Positions 1-12,919 of a stretch of 64,000 nt of DNA are shown piece after piece (position 1 is the first letter of the stretch; each line of letters opens with the position of its first letter). Under the pieces are notes generated by a model that was given only the letters and a program-made list of their open reading frames with translations, was not told where the DNA came from and made no database searches. Both the position numbers and the translations under genes were made by a program. The stretch lies in assembly GCA_965113315.1 (NCBI GenBank), contig OZ220368.1. The stretch is one strand, 5' to 3'. Source of the stretch: Podarcis vaucheri (taxonomy: Eukaryota).

Positions 1-114
1 TAGGATAAGATTATGCTGACGCCGGCTTAATTACATGCGTCTCCAGAGATGCAAGGCGAAGGCGGAAAGTTGTCGCACACAGCTTTAGAGATGCTAAATG
101 ATGGCATGTGTGTG

Positions 115-250
115 CATAGAATCAGAATTGGAAGAGACCCCGAGGGTCATCTAGTCCAACCCCCTGCAAAACAGGAATCCTGCCCGCAGCTGCCCCTGGA
201 TGGGCTCAAACTACCAAGCCAGCCGCACTGACCCATTGCACCAAAGAGCC
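115..250 (-). mobile_element. Degenerate tRNA-derived SINE with CR1-type tail
   Basis: Reverse complement of the tail ttcctg..gcagggggttggactagatgaccctcggggtctcttccaattct..ctatg shared with other copies in the window. Confidence 0.6.
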
Positions 251-2854
251 CTGCATAAACGTGAGTTGCATTACCCCTCCCCACAATCCCTGCTCATTTT
301 CTCTAGTTTAAAAACCATGGATGCAAAGCCTATGCTGGCTAGATTGGTGACTATATGGAAACTGACATATTAACTGGTAGAAATGAGAGCAAAAGGGTGC
401 AGGAAATTACAAGGAAGGGCCAAAGTCTCTGTGGCAGTTGCAGGTGGAAAAACCACAATTCCCGTATGTATTCCTGGGATGCCTTCCTACAGTCCGTACC
501 AGCCTTTCCCAGCCTAGTGATTTGGACTACAATTTCCATGAGCCTCAACCAGCACAGCAAGAAGGTGTCAGTTCGTGAAAGGCAGATCTTTAGCAAGACA
601 ATCCAACAGTAAGGCATGTTGGGTGGAATCCAAAATAGCACTAAGTGAACATTTAACCAGCGTGACGATTTCTACTTGTCTCTCACTCCCTCCCTCCTGC
701 ATGGGATTACCTATACCCCCTGGAAAAGACTTGGGTAGGGTGCCAGCTGTGATGAAGGGGGAGGCCTGTTGTGCAAGAGGAAATCCTTGCACAGTTGGGA
801 CACGGTACTTGAATACCACCCATTGGCTAGAATTACAGCAGAGGTATATAACGCGGCTTCTTATTTTTAATGCATGATGCATTAAGTACCGTCTGTCTAT
901 ATTGATGTGTTAGCTTGCTCCTTTTTAAAAAAATACAGAAAGTGCCTCACTTAAAATACGAAAGCATTTAGCTACGGATTCTGTGCCGACCTCCTGTCGT
1001 CGGTGGTGATTTTAAAAAAATGTTTTAGTGCTGTTCAGTAGAGGTAGTCCAGAGTAGCGGCTTTCAAGCTTGGCGGACATTGACTCATCTGCCACAAAGC
1101 CCCCTTATAGCCCTTTCCCAAGCCCCCTTGTAAGAGTGTGCAAAGGTCTCAACTGTTTGGGCTGTGTGGCTGACTTTGAACTTTTAGAATAGACATAATG
1201 TTCTTTTGCCATAGTTCCTTTAGCACATGTTTTACTTGAAAATATATGCAGTTCTGTAATGCCACTGCACAAAGTGGTTAGTTTAGATTGATGCGCCGCT
1301 GGTATATTAAGTACAAAATGAACTGTGGCAAACTTGGAAATTATGCAGTATTCTTTGTTCTTTTTGGAGGAATTGTTCGCCGGCTTCTGGGCTGCTAACT
1401 ATTGTTTTAGTCTATAAAATTTATCAGAACAATATAATAGGGTGTGAATATGTCCTTTTGCTCTCTTGACCAAAGCCTAGCTGATAGCTAGGTCCCTACC
1501 CACCCCACCCCAAAATACCATTCTGATCTTCTCATTATTAACTTTTAGTGCATTGTGTTTGTTGTAGTTTCCCTTGCAGTTTGTTAAAGGTGCTGACGGT
1601 TGTTACAAGACCCTTGTTCCCCCCCCAGTCTGTCTTCCCAAGGAACTCTGGGAATTGTAGGTCTGAGAGAGGAATCTGAGAACAACTCTCAGCACCCTTT
1701 TTATCAAGCTACAGTTCCCAGGATTCTTTGCAGTGGGCGAGCCATGGCTGTTTAAATCCCTCCTGCGAAACAAGTTTTCTAGAATGAGTCTGGGCCTTCA
1801 GATAAAGGATGCATAGAGCCACATTATTTTCTCCTGGAGAAACATAACATATTTTTGTTTAGACTTGGATTTGTGTGTGGTTGTGCTTTACCTATTCCTG
1901 TTTGGAAGGAAGTCTGCACTGTGCAGTTTGATCTTCGTTGCTAGGTAAGAATTGATGGCATCCACACTGCAGACTAAAAACTGGCTTCCACTTATTGACC
2001 ATGGTTTAGCGTGACACACAGATTGGTCCACTGTGTCCAATTACATCCGATTAGAAGTCCAGAGGATTATGATTTACGTTAAATATACACTTACAGCCAT
2101 TATTTATACCATTCTCTTCTGGGTGGAACAGTTCTAATTTTGTTTATAATTGTATATTATTGAAACCCACCTTGGGACCTTATGGTGAAGTCCGAATAAT
2201 TTTTTTATTAATACAATAAATTGCATCAAAGAAAATAGGATCGGTGTTGATGGGCCCCGCAAGGCTTTCTTTCATATACACTGCTTAGCTGTTAAGACTA
2301 ACCTGTCTCGCCTCGCTTGCCGTCAGTGCTACAGATTAAAGAACACAAGACTTCGTCTTGCTGGGTGAGACTAAAAATAAATCCACTTGGCCATATGTTT
2401 TGGGGAACCACACAAACAAGAAGGCAACAGCCCTCATCTAATCCCAGCATCTAGCCTTAAACCATATGAAACTAGCGACTGTTTCCACATATTGTGGTAA
2501 TGAGTTCCATAAGTCAATTGACCCGATTCTTAAGCAAATAGCTTTCATAGGGTGCCTCCCCTAACTTCAAGTATTGCCAGGGAAAGGGGGAGAGAATACC
2601 AGCTGTTTCCATGCTGTTCATAATTTTATAAACCTCTGCCATGTGCCTATTTGGAGCTTTTTGAAAGGAAAGGAAGAATGCTCCATTTTGTTTTCTTCCT
2701 AGGGAATCTATTAACCACATGCAGAAAGCATATCTATCTGCGAGTATGCTGTTGCTTCTTAATATACCTTTTAGCGGGCAATCTTGATCAAAATTCTGCA
2801 ATGTTAGGGAAAATAATGAGGGGTTTTTTGTGTTGCTTTGGTTTTTTTACAGTA

Positions 2855-3055
2855 CAGTGGTACCTTGGGTTACATACGCTTCAGATTACAGACTCTGCTA
2901 ACCCAGAAATAGTACTTCAGGTTAAGAACTTTGCTTCAGGATGAGAACAGAAATCGGGCTCCGGCGGCAGCGGGAGGCCCCATTAGCTAAAGTGGTGCTT
3001 CAGGTTAAGAACGGACCTCCAGAACTAATTAAGTACTTAACCCGAGGTAACACTG
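2855..3055. mobile_element. Tc1/mariner (Tigger-like) MITE, family A
   Basis: TA|CAGTGGTACCTTGGGTTA ... TAACCCGAGGTAACACTG|TA; TIRs plus TA TSD; second copy at 9735-9971. Confidence 0.85.
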
Positions 3056-4107
3056 TACGTAAGATGAACTTGCAGTGGTCTGGTGCAAATTTTGTGCATC
3101 TTCTCATAAGGAAGCACAAAAATGAAATAAAATAAACCAAAACAGTTCTAGGCTAGAAGGGAACTCATAAAAATCTAAACTGTAGTCAGAGGTCATACCT
3201 GAAATTTTATCCTCTGGCAGCTTCCTTCAGCTATTGACCAGAGAAGTAATTAACTCCTGACCTTTCATATCTGCCCATAATAGCAACATCCCATTTAGAA
3301 ACTTGGAGAATCTGCAAGCTGAGTTATAATATAGTTTACTTGGGGGCTATTTATAACTGGTGCTAACAAGGCTTTGCATATCCTGCTATTTAAAGTTGGG
3401 AACCTCATACGTCTAAACCGCTCTAGAAAGCATTTGCCGGAGCAATACACAAATGGAATCAAGTGCTGGTGTTGCACAGTAAAGAGCAAGGGTTGTGAGC
3501 CAGGAAGTTATGGGGCCAGAGGTCAGCTTAGCTATTAATTCACTGGGGTGGCAGCTAGACAGGCCCCTGTGCCCTGGCCTCATCCCCATTTTACAGTTCG
3601 GGAGGGGGTCAGCAACTGGGGGCCTGCAACAAAATGCTGTGTTGCAGTGTTTTGGTACAGGTTCAAGTCACTCGATTCCACCCTCTCCCCACCACATCCC
3701 TGGTTTCCTCCAACATATTCAACATATTCTATACCACATATTGCATGCTCAGTCCTTTCTAGTCTTTTTGGCCCTCCTCCCCTGCCGTAGGGTTTTTTTA
3801 TTTCTTTTTAAAAAATAGCTCTGCAAATGTGGGATCGTGCAGACCTTTGTGCTATTTCGGCAACCTAAGTAGTGCCACACACAGTCTGAACCACAAAAAT
3901 TGAAGGAATGATAACTTGGCTTGCCTCTTGTGTGTCTGTCATGGGGTCCCAGCACACAGGAGGCAGTGTTAGAAGCTCAGATTTATAAGCTCCTTAAACC
4001 AGGGTTGCAGCCTCCAAAACGGAATGCCTAATTGCCATTTTTGGGCCAGACGGCTTGAAAGTCTTTGTTGTTGTTGTTTGTTTCCTGAAATTCATTCTGA
4101 TTGTGCT

Positions 4108-4526
4108 GGTTGTTGTTGTTTAGTCGTTTAGTCATGTCCGACTCTTCGTGACTCCATGGACCAGAGCACGCCAGGCACTTCTGTCTTCCACTGCCTCCCG
4201 CAGTTTGGTCAAACTCATGCTGGTAGCTTTGAGAACACTGTCCAACCATCTCGTCCTCTGTCGTCCCCTTCTCCTTGTGCCCTCCATCTTTCCCAACATC
4301 AGGGTCTTTTCTGATTTCCTTCAGAATGGATAGGTTGGATCTTCTTGCAGTCCATGGGACTCTCAAGAGTCTCTTCCAGCACCATAATTCAAAAGCATCA
4401 ATTTTTCGGCGATCAGCCTTCTTTATGGTCCAGCTCTCACTTCCATACATCACTACTGGGAAAACCATAGCTTTAACTATACGGACCTTTGTTGGCAAGG
4501 TGATGTCTCTGCTTTTTAGGATGCTG
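4108..4526 (-). mobile_element. BovB (RTE clade) LINE 3' fragment
   Basis: Encodes PTKVRIVKAMVFPVVMYGSESWTIKKADRRKIDAFELWCWKRLLRVPWTARRSNLSILKEI, the typical BovB ORF C-terminus; ends gagtcggacatgactaaacgactaa(aac)n. Confidence 0.92.
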
Positions 4527-4733
4527 AAGTGTTGCTAGTGTGTGAAAATGGTCAAGATCCATAGACCTCCAGATGGTGGAGATGTCAGGCGCCACCCTGG
4601 AGTCTGGGCACCTTCACTTGGTCACAGGTAGGCGATAGCCAGGTGCACAATGTTCTTGGCGCCTGGCTAATTTCGAACTCTGAGCTCAAGCTTCTCTTCG
4701 TGTCCTGATAGGTGCACACATCTGTAGGAATAG

Positions 4734-4964
<231 letters not shown>

Positions 4965-7900
4965 TGACATAACAGCCCCAACATTGCGATGAGCACGGTG
5001 ATCTCTTATTTTAAGAAGCCCATCCATTTCCCCAGGTGTGCTTGCCTTGCCTCCCGGTATAGTAGGACGTCAAACAGGGAAAGGGAGAGATGTTAAGTAA
5101 AAGCTCTGTTTTTTATTAATTATGTTATTTCATTTATGAAGCGATTCATTAAGGAATAATGAAAAATGAACATTACAAAGCAGGCAATCCATTTTCGATC
5201 ATTAATTTTAAAATGATTTAGAGCAGATCTGCTGAGCTACAAATACTGCGCAAAACCAATAAGGAATAAAAACTTAAATGAAAACAGTGAGGTACAAAAA
5301 GATCGTTATTATAGAAAAATAATTGTTCAGTTAGCAAAGGAGGATGACTCAGTAGCAAATGGTGAATACAGAAAGCTGTCTGACAGTCAGGCTTCTGTCT
5401 GCTCATACTGTAGCAGCTCTACAGGGTCTCAGAAAGAGGTTTTTCGTATCACTTCCTGTTAACTGGAGATAACAGCTTGAACCTGGAACCTTCAGCATGG
5501 AAAGTTTATTTTGTTTTCCAGCTGTTCTGGTCTCACTCCCTTGTAGCGTGTTAACCTTCCTGGGACAGGACAGAGTGTCCAAACTGTTTAAGAAAGGGTG
5601 CCAGGTTCTCAAGCGATGCAAGGCCGTAGTTTTAGAAGGCCATGGTTTGTAAGTCAACAACAAACCATGGCTTCAAATGGTAGCTATATTAAAACAATAG
5701 TTTGCTGCTGCGCAATAAATAGTTGGGAGTAGGTGAACTTAGAAGTGACTTGAGTGGAAGATTAAACACATGCTTAAATTAATCTCCTTGATTTCAGGGG
5801 GATTTAAAAGTGCCTGGTTTTTGGCAGGTTTGTGCTGTTAGCTTAATACAGGCCTGTTCATCTCTTAACCATTATCAGTTGATTTCAAGAGCAATTTAAT
5901 TTGTAGAATAAAACAAGTATAGTTATATATGATCTTTTAAGCATGCTAAGTCTGTAGACTTCAAATGCTCAATAGGACAGATGGAAATACTAAATCAATT
6001 TGGTTAATGTCTGCCTTAATTAAACCATCAGCTCTATTGACAATGTGCTCTTCACTTGAGAATTGCCACTAGTTTCTTGGTGCTCAAAGATCTGATTGCA
6101 ACTAGAACCTTATTTTGTACTGCACAAGGCTAGCTCTTGGTGCACTTTTCTACAATTATTTCTTACAAACAAATGCACGCAGAGTCTTTCTCTTCAGCTG
6201 TGGGTATTACTCTGATTGGCTGCCAAAAAAGGTTATTTAATTTTTCTTTGAAATTGTAAAACTCCTTACTTACCCAGTGCATAAAATAGGCAGCTTTTAA
6301 ACCTGAGTTTTGAACTAGGTCTGTTTGTCTCCTGGATAATGTACCTTTCAGCAAGCGTTGTCTGTCAGACTGTGATGACCACCTTTAAGCCATGTTGGCT
6401 GTTTCTCTATTGAAAGGGAAGGCTTCACCTGAATGCTTGTTTAAACCTGGCTGATAGCTGCATTGTGAATATCACTAACAAATACAACTGTTTTTTGGCC
6501 AAAGGAGACTTCGATGCATCTATAGAATTCTACTGTATTTATGGAATTTACTGAGCAATCTTATGCAGAAATAATGTGTGTTGTGTTTTGTGGACTTAAC
6601 TCCCAGGTAGGATTGCAACCTCAAAAGTATAAATGCATTCTAGAAAGGTTTGTGGGGAAGAGAGGTGACAAGATTGACCCCCCAAGAGAGGGAGGTACCT
6701 GGTCAGAAGGATAGCAGATTTTTCTTACACCTCCAACCACTTCCAGGGTGGTTTAACACAGTTCCTCTTGCCATGGAACTGTGGGGATTTAGTAGGGCTG
6801 GGAGTTGAAAGGAGGTGGCTATTCCCCTTAAACTAGATTTCCTTTGAGGGAACCCATAACTGTTAAAAGTGGTATAATACTGTTTTAAATGTATTCTTTA
6901 GGTGGGGCCTAGATCAGAGGTCACCAGAACAAGGAAAGCAGCAATTCACAACAGCTTGTGCTCCTGTCACAAAGATGCTAACCTCCTCTAAATGCAAATT
7001 ACACACACACAGATGATTTTGAACATCATATATGACTACAAGTTTACACAGAAATTACCCTCTAATACAGTAATTGTCTTGCACAACAATTTTCATACTG
7101 AACATTTTGGAAGAGTAAGACCTTGTCTACCAAGGTATTTCACTCATTCCAAAGGAGAAGACGTTTCCATAGGATGTTCTTCGATGTTCCCTCAGATTTT
7201 CTCCCCTTTTCCATTGTAAAAATGGGGGGAGCCTGGGAGGAAGGAAACAAAGAAATCCCACTCCCCCTGAACATTTCCAGTCCTTTTGTCTACTTCAGGA
7301 ATAGAGAATCTGTGACTCTTTTGATGATGATGAACTGCAGCTCCCTTCATCCCAAACAGTTGGCCATTTTAGACAGATAGGGAGATGGAATCATAGAATT
7401 GTAGAGTTGGAAGTGACCCCAAGGGTCATCTAGTCCAGCCCCCTGAAATGCAGGAATATGGAGGCCAACAACATCTGTAGGGCCACAGGTTTCTCACCCC
7501 TGCTCTGTTCCTACCACCAGTTCTCAGATGCCCATGGCAAACTGTTTCTCTGCTTAGTGGAAACTCATTAAAACTTCAGCAGACTTGAGCGTTTATAATC
7601 TGTTACCTACGGGCAGTGATGTGGGCTCTCCAGAAAATTTTGAATCAGAAAATGTTCCGGAAAATTTCCTGTGCAAGTTAGGATAATTTCCAAATCATAA
7701 TTTGCCTCAGAAAACTTTCTGATCTAATTTATCATGTCAGATTTACTTGCATTTAGTAAACAAAACTAAAAATGTAAAGCTGCCAAGTTTGCCTAATGCC
7801 AAATTTGTGATTGGCATCCATTCCTTGGTGATACTGAATATATGAAGCATTTTTTAAAAAAAAAAATTCCCCAGCAAAATAGAGCTGTGGAAAATTTACT

Positions 7901-8289
7901 GTGGGTAAATGCCTCTGGGCCTCCACCAGACAGGTAACCCAGAGTTCTCATGTACTGTAGTTTGAGTGCCTCCATCTCCATTATATATGACTGCAGGTTT
8001 ACACAGAAATTAAAAATATGAGCCCTATTATATAAATTAAAATTAGTGTCTTAAGACAACCTGATTTGGCAGGCGTTCCTCATTGTGTTCCAGACTACCA
8101 TCAGCACCTGATGACATTGGATAGGCCATTATTTGTGTTCTTTGTCATCCAATTGTCTCTCACTTTAGGACCCCCTACCCCTCAAAAAAGCATGCTTGGA
8201 AGAGACAATGATCATCTCATTTCCGCTGTCATTTGGATATTTATTCTCAGTGGCAGTTTTTCAACTTGGGGCTCTCCCCCCCCCTTAAC

Positions 8290-8585
8290 TTTATTTGCAT
8301 TAGCCAACGGCCATAGCAACATTAAGCAAGCAATATATACAATTAAAAAGACAACAGTGGATAAAAAGGACAATCAAATGATCAAGACTATCATTCAGAT
8401 AGTGGCCCTTAATCTCATTGCACCCTCGTTAAACCTAGCAACCTTTGCTGTTATCTGATCATTTTGATCTGATAACAGAAAGAACAATGTGGCCGCAGAT
8501 GGGCGGCCTGGGATGGTGAGTAGGAGTGGGGTAATGATCTCATTCCTCAGGTCTTTATAAAGGGGACAAGACAGGATGGGGCTCA
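8290..8585 (-). mobile_element. LINE 3' fragment, probably RTE-X
   Basis: ILSCPLYKDLRNEIITPLL..FLLSDQNDQITAKVARF..AMRLR resembles the Cys/His C-terminus of RTE-X ORF2; 3' end ggccgttggctaatgcaAATAAA. Confidence 0.55.
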
Positions 8586-9734
8586 TATTTATATACTTCT
8601 TGCTTGCTTTGATAGAGGATAAAGAGGTGGTTTGTGGGGGGTTGTAAACTAGCTTATTGCACAAAGGTAAAATTCATATCCATTGCGCTGTCCATTTCCC
8701 CCTTCCTTTTTTTCTGCTCCCCACTGGCCATGTGACCCACTCCCCAAAAAAACAACCGGAAAGAAATGATAGCCCTCTGGCAGGAAAAAAAATATGCCCC
8801 CCCCCCCATTCTGAACCTTCCTCCTTCAATTGCACATGTGTTAATGGAAGAAGGCCTGAGAAACCAGAGTTTCAGCCGCCTTGTCAGGTTTTTCACATGG
8901 GAGTTCTCGGTTCTGCCACAAGTGAATGGGGTGGGGGTGGGGTTTCGCCTGCTTTGTCTTTCACAGAATGACATGGCATTTAATTGTTAGCTGGCTGAAT
9001 CTGTAATGCACTTAAAAGAGTCCATTTCCAGGACTGAAGCTGCAGGATGCAAGGATAATCAATACTCTTTCAACCAAGCAAAGGGCGGCTATACCCTTCA
9101 AAACTAGCACGACCATTTCCATCTCCTGGTGTTTGCTGGTTTAATTCTGCTTCGTAGCTCCCCATATCTCCCACCTGTGCTGCACCTTTAATCAGCTTAT
9201 TTCTAGTGTCCTTGGGAGCATGTGGTCTTAATTTCGTTCACGGCCTTCTGCAAAGCATGCTTTAATTAATACTTGTTTACTTTTTGTCCTGCACAGCCCC
9301 CGAGGGCTCGTAGCTAAGACCATAAAATAAACTTGGGATGACAAAGCATCTAATTGAAAGCTCTTCCGAATACCGGATTCCAGCTACTGCCTCCACCCTT
9401 CTCCCAGCTGGACCAGATCCACCAAGAGCCAGCCCAGAAGAAGACTTTATTATTATTTTTTTAACAGCGCTGCATGAAGTTGCCTAGGCTCTGGTGAGAT
9501 TCCAAGGGAAGGGAGTTCCATAACTGGAGCAGCTATCGAGAATGCCTGTGTGCAGATCAGCAGACAGGAATGGGGCAAACCTCAGTGCTGTCAGCAGTGT
9601 TGGAGATTATGTCACAACACGACAGGGTGTTATCCGTTGCATATCTCCTTACAGATAGTGGTAAAAGCAGACTTTGAGGAGAGCGCTTGTTTTTATTAAG
9701 GGACAGCCTCGAGAGATCTGTCAGGAGCTTGCAT

Positions 9735-9971
9735 GTACCTCAGGTTACAGACGCTTCAGGTTACAGACACTTCAGGTTACAGACTCCGCTAACCCAGAAA
9801 TAGTACCTCGGGTTAAGAACTTTGCTTCAGGATGAGAACAGAAATTTTGCAGCGACTGTGCAGGGGCAGCGGGAGGCCCCATTAGCTAAAGTGGTACCTC
9901 AGGTTAAGAACAGTTTCAGGTTAAGAACCGCCTTCCAGAACGAATTAAGTTCTTAACCTGAGGTATCACTG
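9735..9971. mobile_element. Tc1/mariner MITE, family A (left end clipped)
   Basis: Near-identical to 2855-3055; right TIR GAGGTATCACTG|TA. Confidence 0.8.
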
Positions 9972-10383
9972 TATAGCGAGACTTTTGCCTGCACAAAACT
10001 GCAGCAAGATACCTCTCGCAGTTGCTTAATCGAGGATAAACACAATAAGGGAACAGGACATGATGAAAGGTAATGGCTTCAGACCCAGGATTAAAGTGCA
10101 AACTCACCTTACCTCACCGTAAGTTAGCATATGAGTGCTAATGTAATGGCTTAACGGTTAGGTCTAGCATGGACATATCTGTTCCTAAAAAACGGAGGAA
10201 GGGGAGTGTTACCCCATGGCAGGAGCTCAGTTAAGCATTTAGCATGCAAGGAACTGTGTGCATCTGGAGTGGCTGAAACCAGAATCCACCTTAATGTCAG
10301 GTTGATCAGATGTCAGCTTGCCATACAAGCCAAATATTGTACCCAGCCTGTTACCGCTTGTGGTTTCACTGTTTTGATAACGG

Positions 10384-10510
10384 AATCATAGAGCTGGAAG
10401 GGACCACCTAGGAAACCGTCTAGTCCAACTCCCTGCAATGCAGGAATTTGTTCACCAACGTGGGGCTCGAACCCACGACTCAGAGATTAGGAGTCTCATG
10501 CTTTACTGAC
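10384..10510 (-). mobile_element. tRNA-Lys-headed SINE with CR1-type tail (Squam2-like)
   Basis: Minus strand reads gcatgagactcctaatctctgagtcgtgggttcgagccccacgttgg (tRNA-Lys-like, B box) fused to ttcctgcattgcagggagttggactaga..cccttccagctctatgattc. Confidence 0.75.
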
Positions 10511-10655
10511 AGGTTTTCCAAGCAGCAGCTGTTATGTCTGTATTTTGAAGGTTCTGATATTTTATAGATGTTTATGGTGATTTATAAGCATTTATTTTAT
10601 TTACTCTTGTTTTATCTTTTATTGTACATGGTCCTGGGCTCCTTTTTGGTTAAAG

Positions 10656-10797
10656 CAGGGTCTCCCAACCGTGGGTCTCCCAACTGCTTTTTTGGGACTA
10701 CAACTCCCATAATCCCTAGCTAGCAAGACCAGTGGTCAGGGATGATGGGAATTGTAGTCTGAAAAAACAACTGAAGACCCAAGGTTGGAGAACACTG
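10656..10797. mobile_element. hAT MITE
   Basis: 8-bp TSD GGTTAAAG (10648-10655, 10798-10805); CAG..CCAACC / GGTTGG..CTG ends; internal palindrome gactacaactcccat / atgggaattgtagtc. Confidence 0.85.
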
Positions 10798-11022
10798 GGT
10801 TAAAGGGTGATTAAGAAATAGAATAAATGTTAGCCATGAATAGGGAGAAGTAAGGGTGGCATCCAACTAATGTATCTTGTCAGGATATGGGATGGGAATT
10901 TGTCCCCATCCTTCCTACCCGCCCATTTCCTAAATCTGTTCTAGAGGTTCCCTCAGCCCTTTGGAGCAGATTTGAGGACCTGCTGGGGCGGGAGTTCTGT
11001 TGCACAGCCTTGGTCCAGTATA

Positions 11023-11349
11023 CAGTGGTGCCCCGCAAGACGAATGCCTCGCAAGACGGAAAACTCGCTAGACAAAAGAGTTTTCCGTTTTGGAGGTGCT
11101 TTGCAAAACGAATCTCCTATGGGCTTGCTTCGCAAGACGAAAATGTCTTGCGAGTTCCTGCGGGTTTTTTTTCCTCCCCCCCTTTTTCTAAGCCGCTTAT
11201 CAGCTGATCCGATCAGCAGATAAGCCGATAAAAGCAGCTAATAGCCCTAATAGCGCTAATCCGTCAAGGGGCTTGCTTCGCAAGATGAAAAAACCGCTAG
11301 ACGAAGAGAATCACAGAACGGATTCTTTTCGTCTTGCGAGGCACCACTG
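11023..11349. mobile_element. Tc1/mariner MITE, family B
   Basis: TA|CAGTGGTGCCCCGCAAGACGAA ... TTCGTCTTGCGAGGCACCACTG|TA. Confidence 0.9.
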
Positions 11350-11677
11350 TACCTGAAAGAGCGTCCCTGAAGGAGTATACACCCCCATCGTTCTGGCGGG
11401 ACACTGAGGTCCAGTGCCGAGGGCCTTCTGGTGGTTCCCTCGCTGCGAGAAGCCAAGTTACAGGGAACCAGGCAGAGGGCCTCCTCGGTAGTGGCGCCCG
11501 CCCTGGGGAACGCCCTCCCATCAGATGTCAAAGAGAAAAACAGCTACCAGACTTTTAGAAGACATCTGAAGTCAGCCCTGTTTAGGGAAGCTTTTAATGT
11601 TTAATAGGTTATTGTATTTTAATAGTCTGTTGGAAGCCGCCCAGAGTGGCTGGGGAAACCCAGCCAGATGGGTGGGG

Positions 11678-11722
<45 letters not shown>
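11350..11722 (+). mobile_element. L2 LINE 3' end with (AAT)n tail
   Basis: Degenerate GTRQRAFSVVAPALWNALP-type coding region and a 3'UTR ending cccagccagatgggtggggtat(aat)n; homologous to 36046-36476 and 50747-50978. Confidence 0.8.

Positions 11723-11754
<32 letters not shown>
11681..11754. repeat. (AAT)14 followed directly by (TAT)~11
   Basis: Read directly; the two tracts are reverse complements of each other. Confidence 0.97.
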
Positions 11755-11755
<1 letters not shown>

Positions 11756-12919
11756 ACACACATAAAACCTTGCATGGACAGGACGTGTTATTTGGATGTT
11801 GCCCCAAGGTCTGAGTCCCCCTTACTGAGTCATCACAGGGCTCCCATGTGATCTCCTCGTTTCTGTCCTCGGTGTCAGCTGACACGCACTAGGGTTCCTT
11901 AGCATCACTATGGTTAGCAGCAGAAATCATGCAATAAATTTTAGACGATACCGCTTAGAAATGCAGCTCGCTCTTCTTCGCTCCCTTAAAGCGACCCTTA
12001 ACTGGAATGCAAATTTCCTGGGAGAGAATCCCTATCTGTTGAGACTCCGGAGTCCGTTGCATGCATACACTTCAGTTTCTTAGGAAATGGCTGGTGTATT
12101 AACAGCACTGTCAGCACATCCGTCGTGCATGTTCTTGTGATTTGTCACGGAATTGCTTAACTCAGCCCTTTTTCCCTTTCAGAGTGTTTCGCTGCGCTGC
12201 TCTTGCTATAATTGTCTCTTCTCAAGTTCCCCTGATGCAAGGAAGGGTGGGGTCTTCAGATGACTGTGTGAGCCTTTGGATTCCAGAATGAAAGAATACA
12301 AGTGGAACCTGCAGTAAAAAATAATAATAATCAGTGTGGAGTCCTTCTGGCCAGGGTGCCAGCCAGCCATTCAGGACACTCCAGGAAGCTCCCTCCCCAC
12401 TTCCTGTTTTTCTGTTTCTCACACCCTTACGCTCAGTCCTCATTGGATTCCTTGAGTGCTGACAAGGATGATTGCAGGCAGGTCTCCTTGAATAGAAGAG
12501 TCCCAGAGACTCACCTGGCACCAAACATCTCTCCCCCCCCACCTGTTTATTTGCCCTGGTCCTTCAGTTTCCAGTTTCGCTAACAGTTATGGATTATACT
12601 GGTTCTGCTGCTTTGGTTAAACTGGAAGGGGGCGTAGATAAATGTTTAAATACCTGCTTTTAAAAAGCTACTTAGGATGTTGCTACAACTGGCGAAATTC
12701 GACAGTCCCTCTCAGTCTGTTTGTGGTCCTCTGCTTTGATCTGTGGTGCCTCCTCTTTTCCTTGGAGAAATCCAAGGAAAGCCACTTTCAGTCCTGATAA
12801 GCCGTGCAAGGCTATGGTGCCAAAGTCCTTCAAGGGCACCCCGGCATTGCCAAGGATGCTAGAGTCGAGGACTGGGCGTGCTGCAGCCCCGACCACCTCG
12901 TGCTTAAAAGTAGCATGCA

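Noticed and set aside
10450-10510. tRNA-Lys gene (also tRNA-like heads near 12920, 40900, 52965, 59970)
   Set aside because: Mutated stems and anticodon loops; the longer ones are fused to CR1-type tails. These are SINE heads, not tRNA genes.
11597-11885. Poly-Asn/poly-Tyr ORFs on both strands
   Set aside because: Translation of the (AAT)n(TAT)n microsatellite.
11872-11885. 14-bp palindrome GTGTCAGCTGACAC
   Set aside because: Could be a TALE/E-box site, but a single short palindrome in 64 kb is expected by chance.
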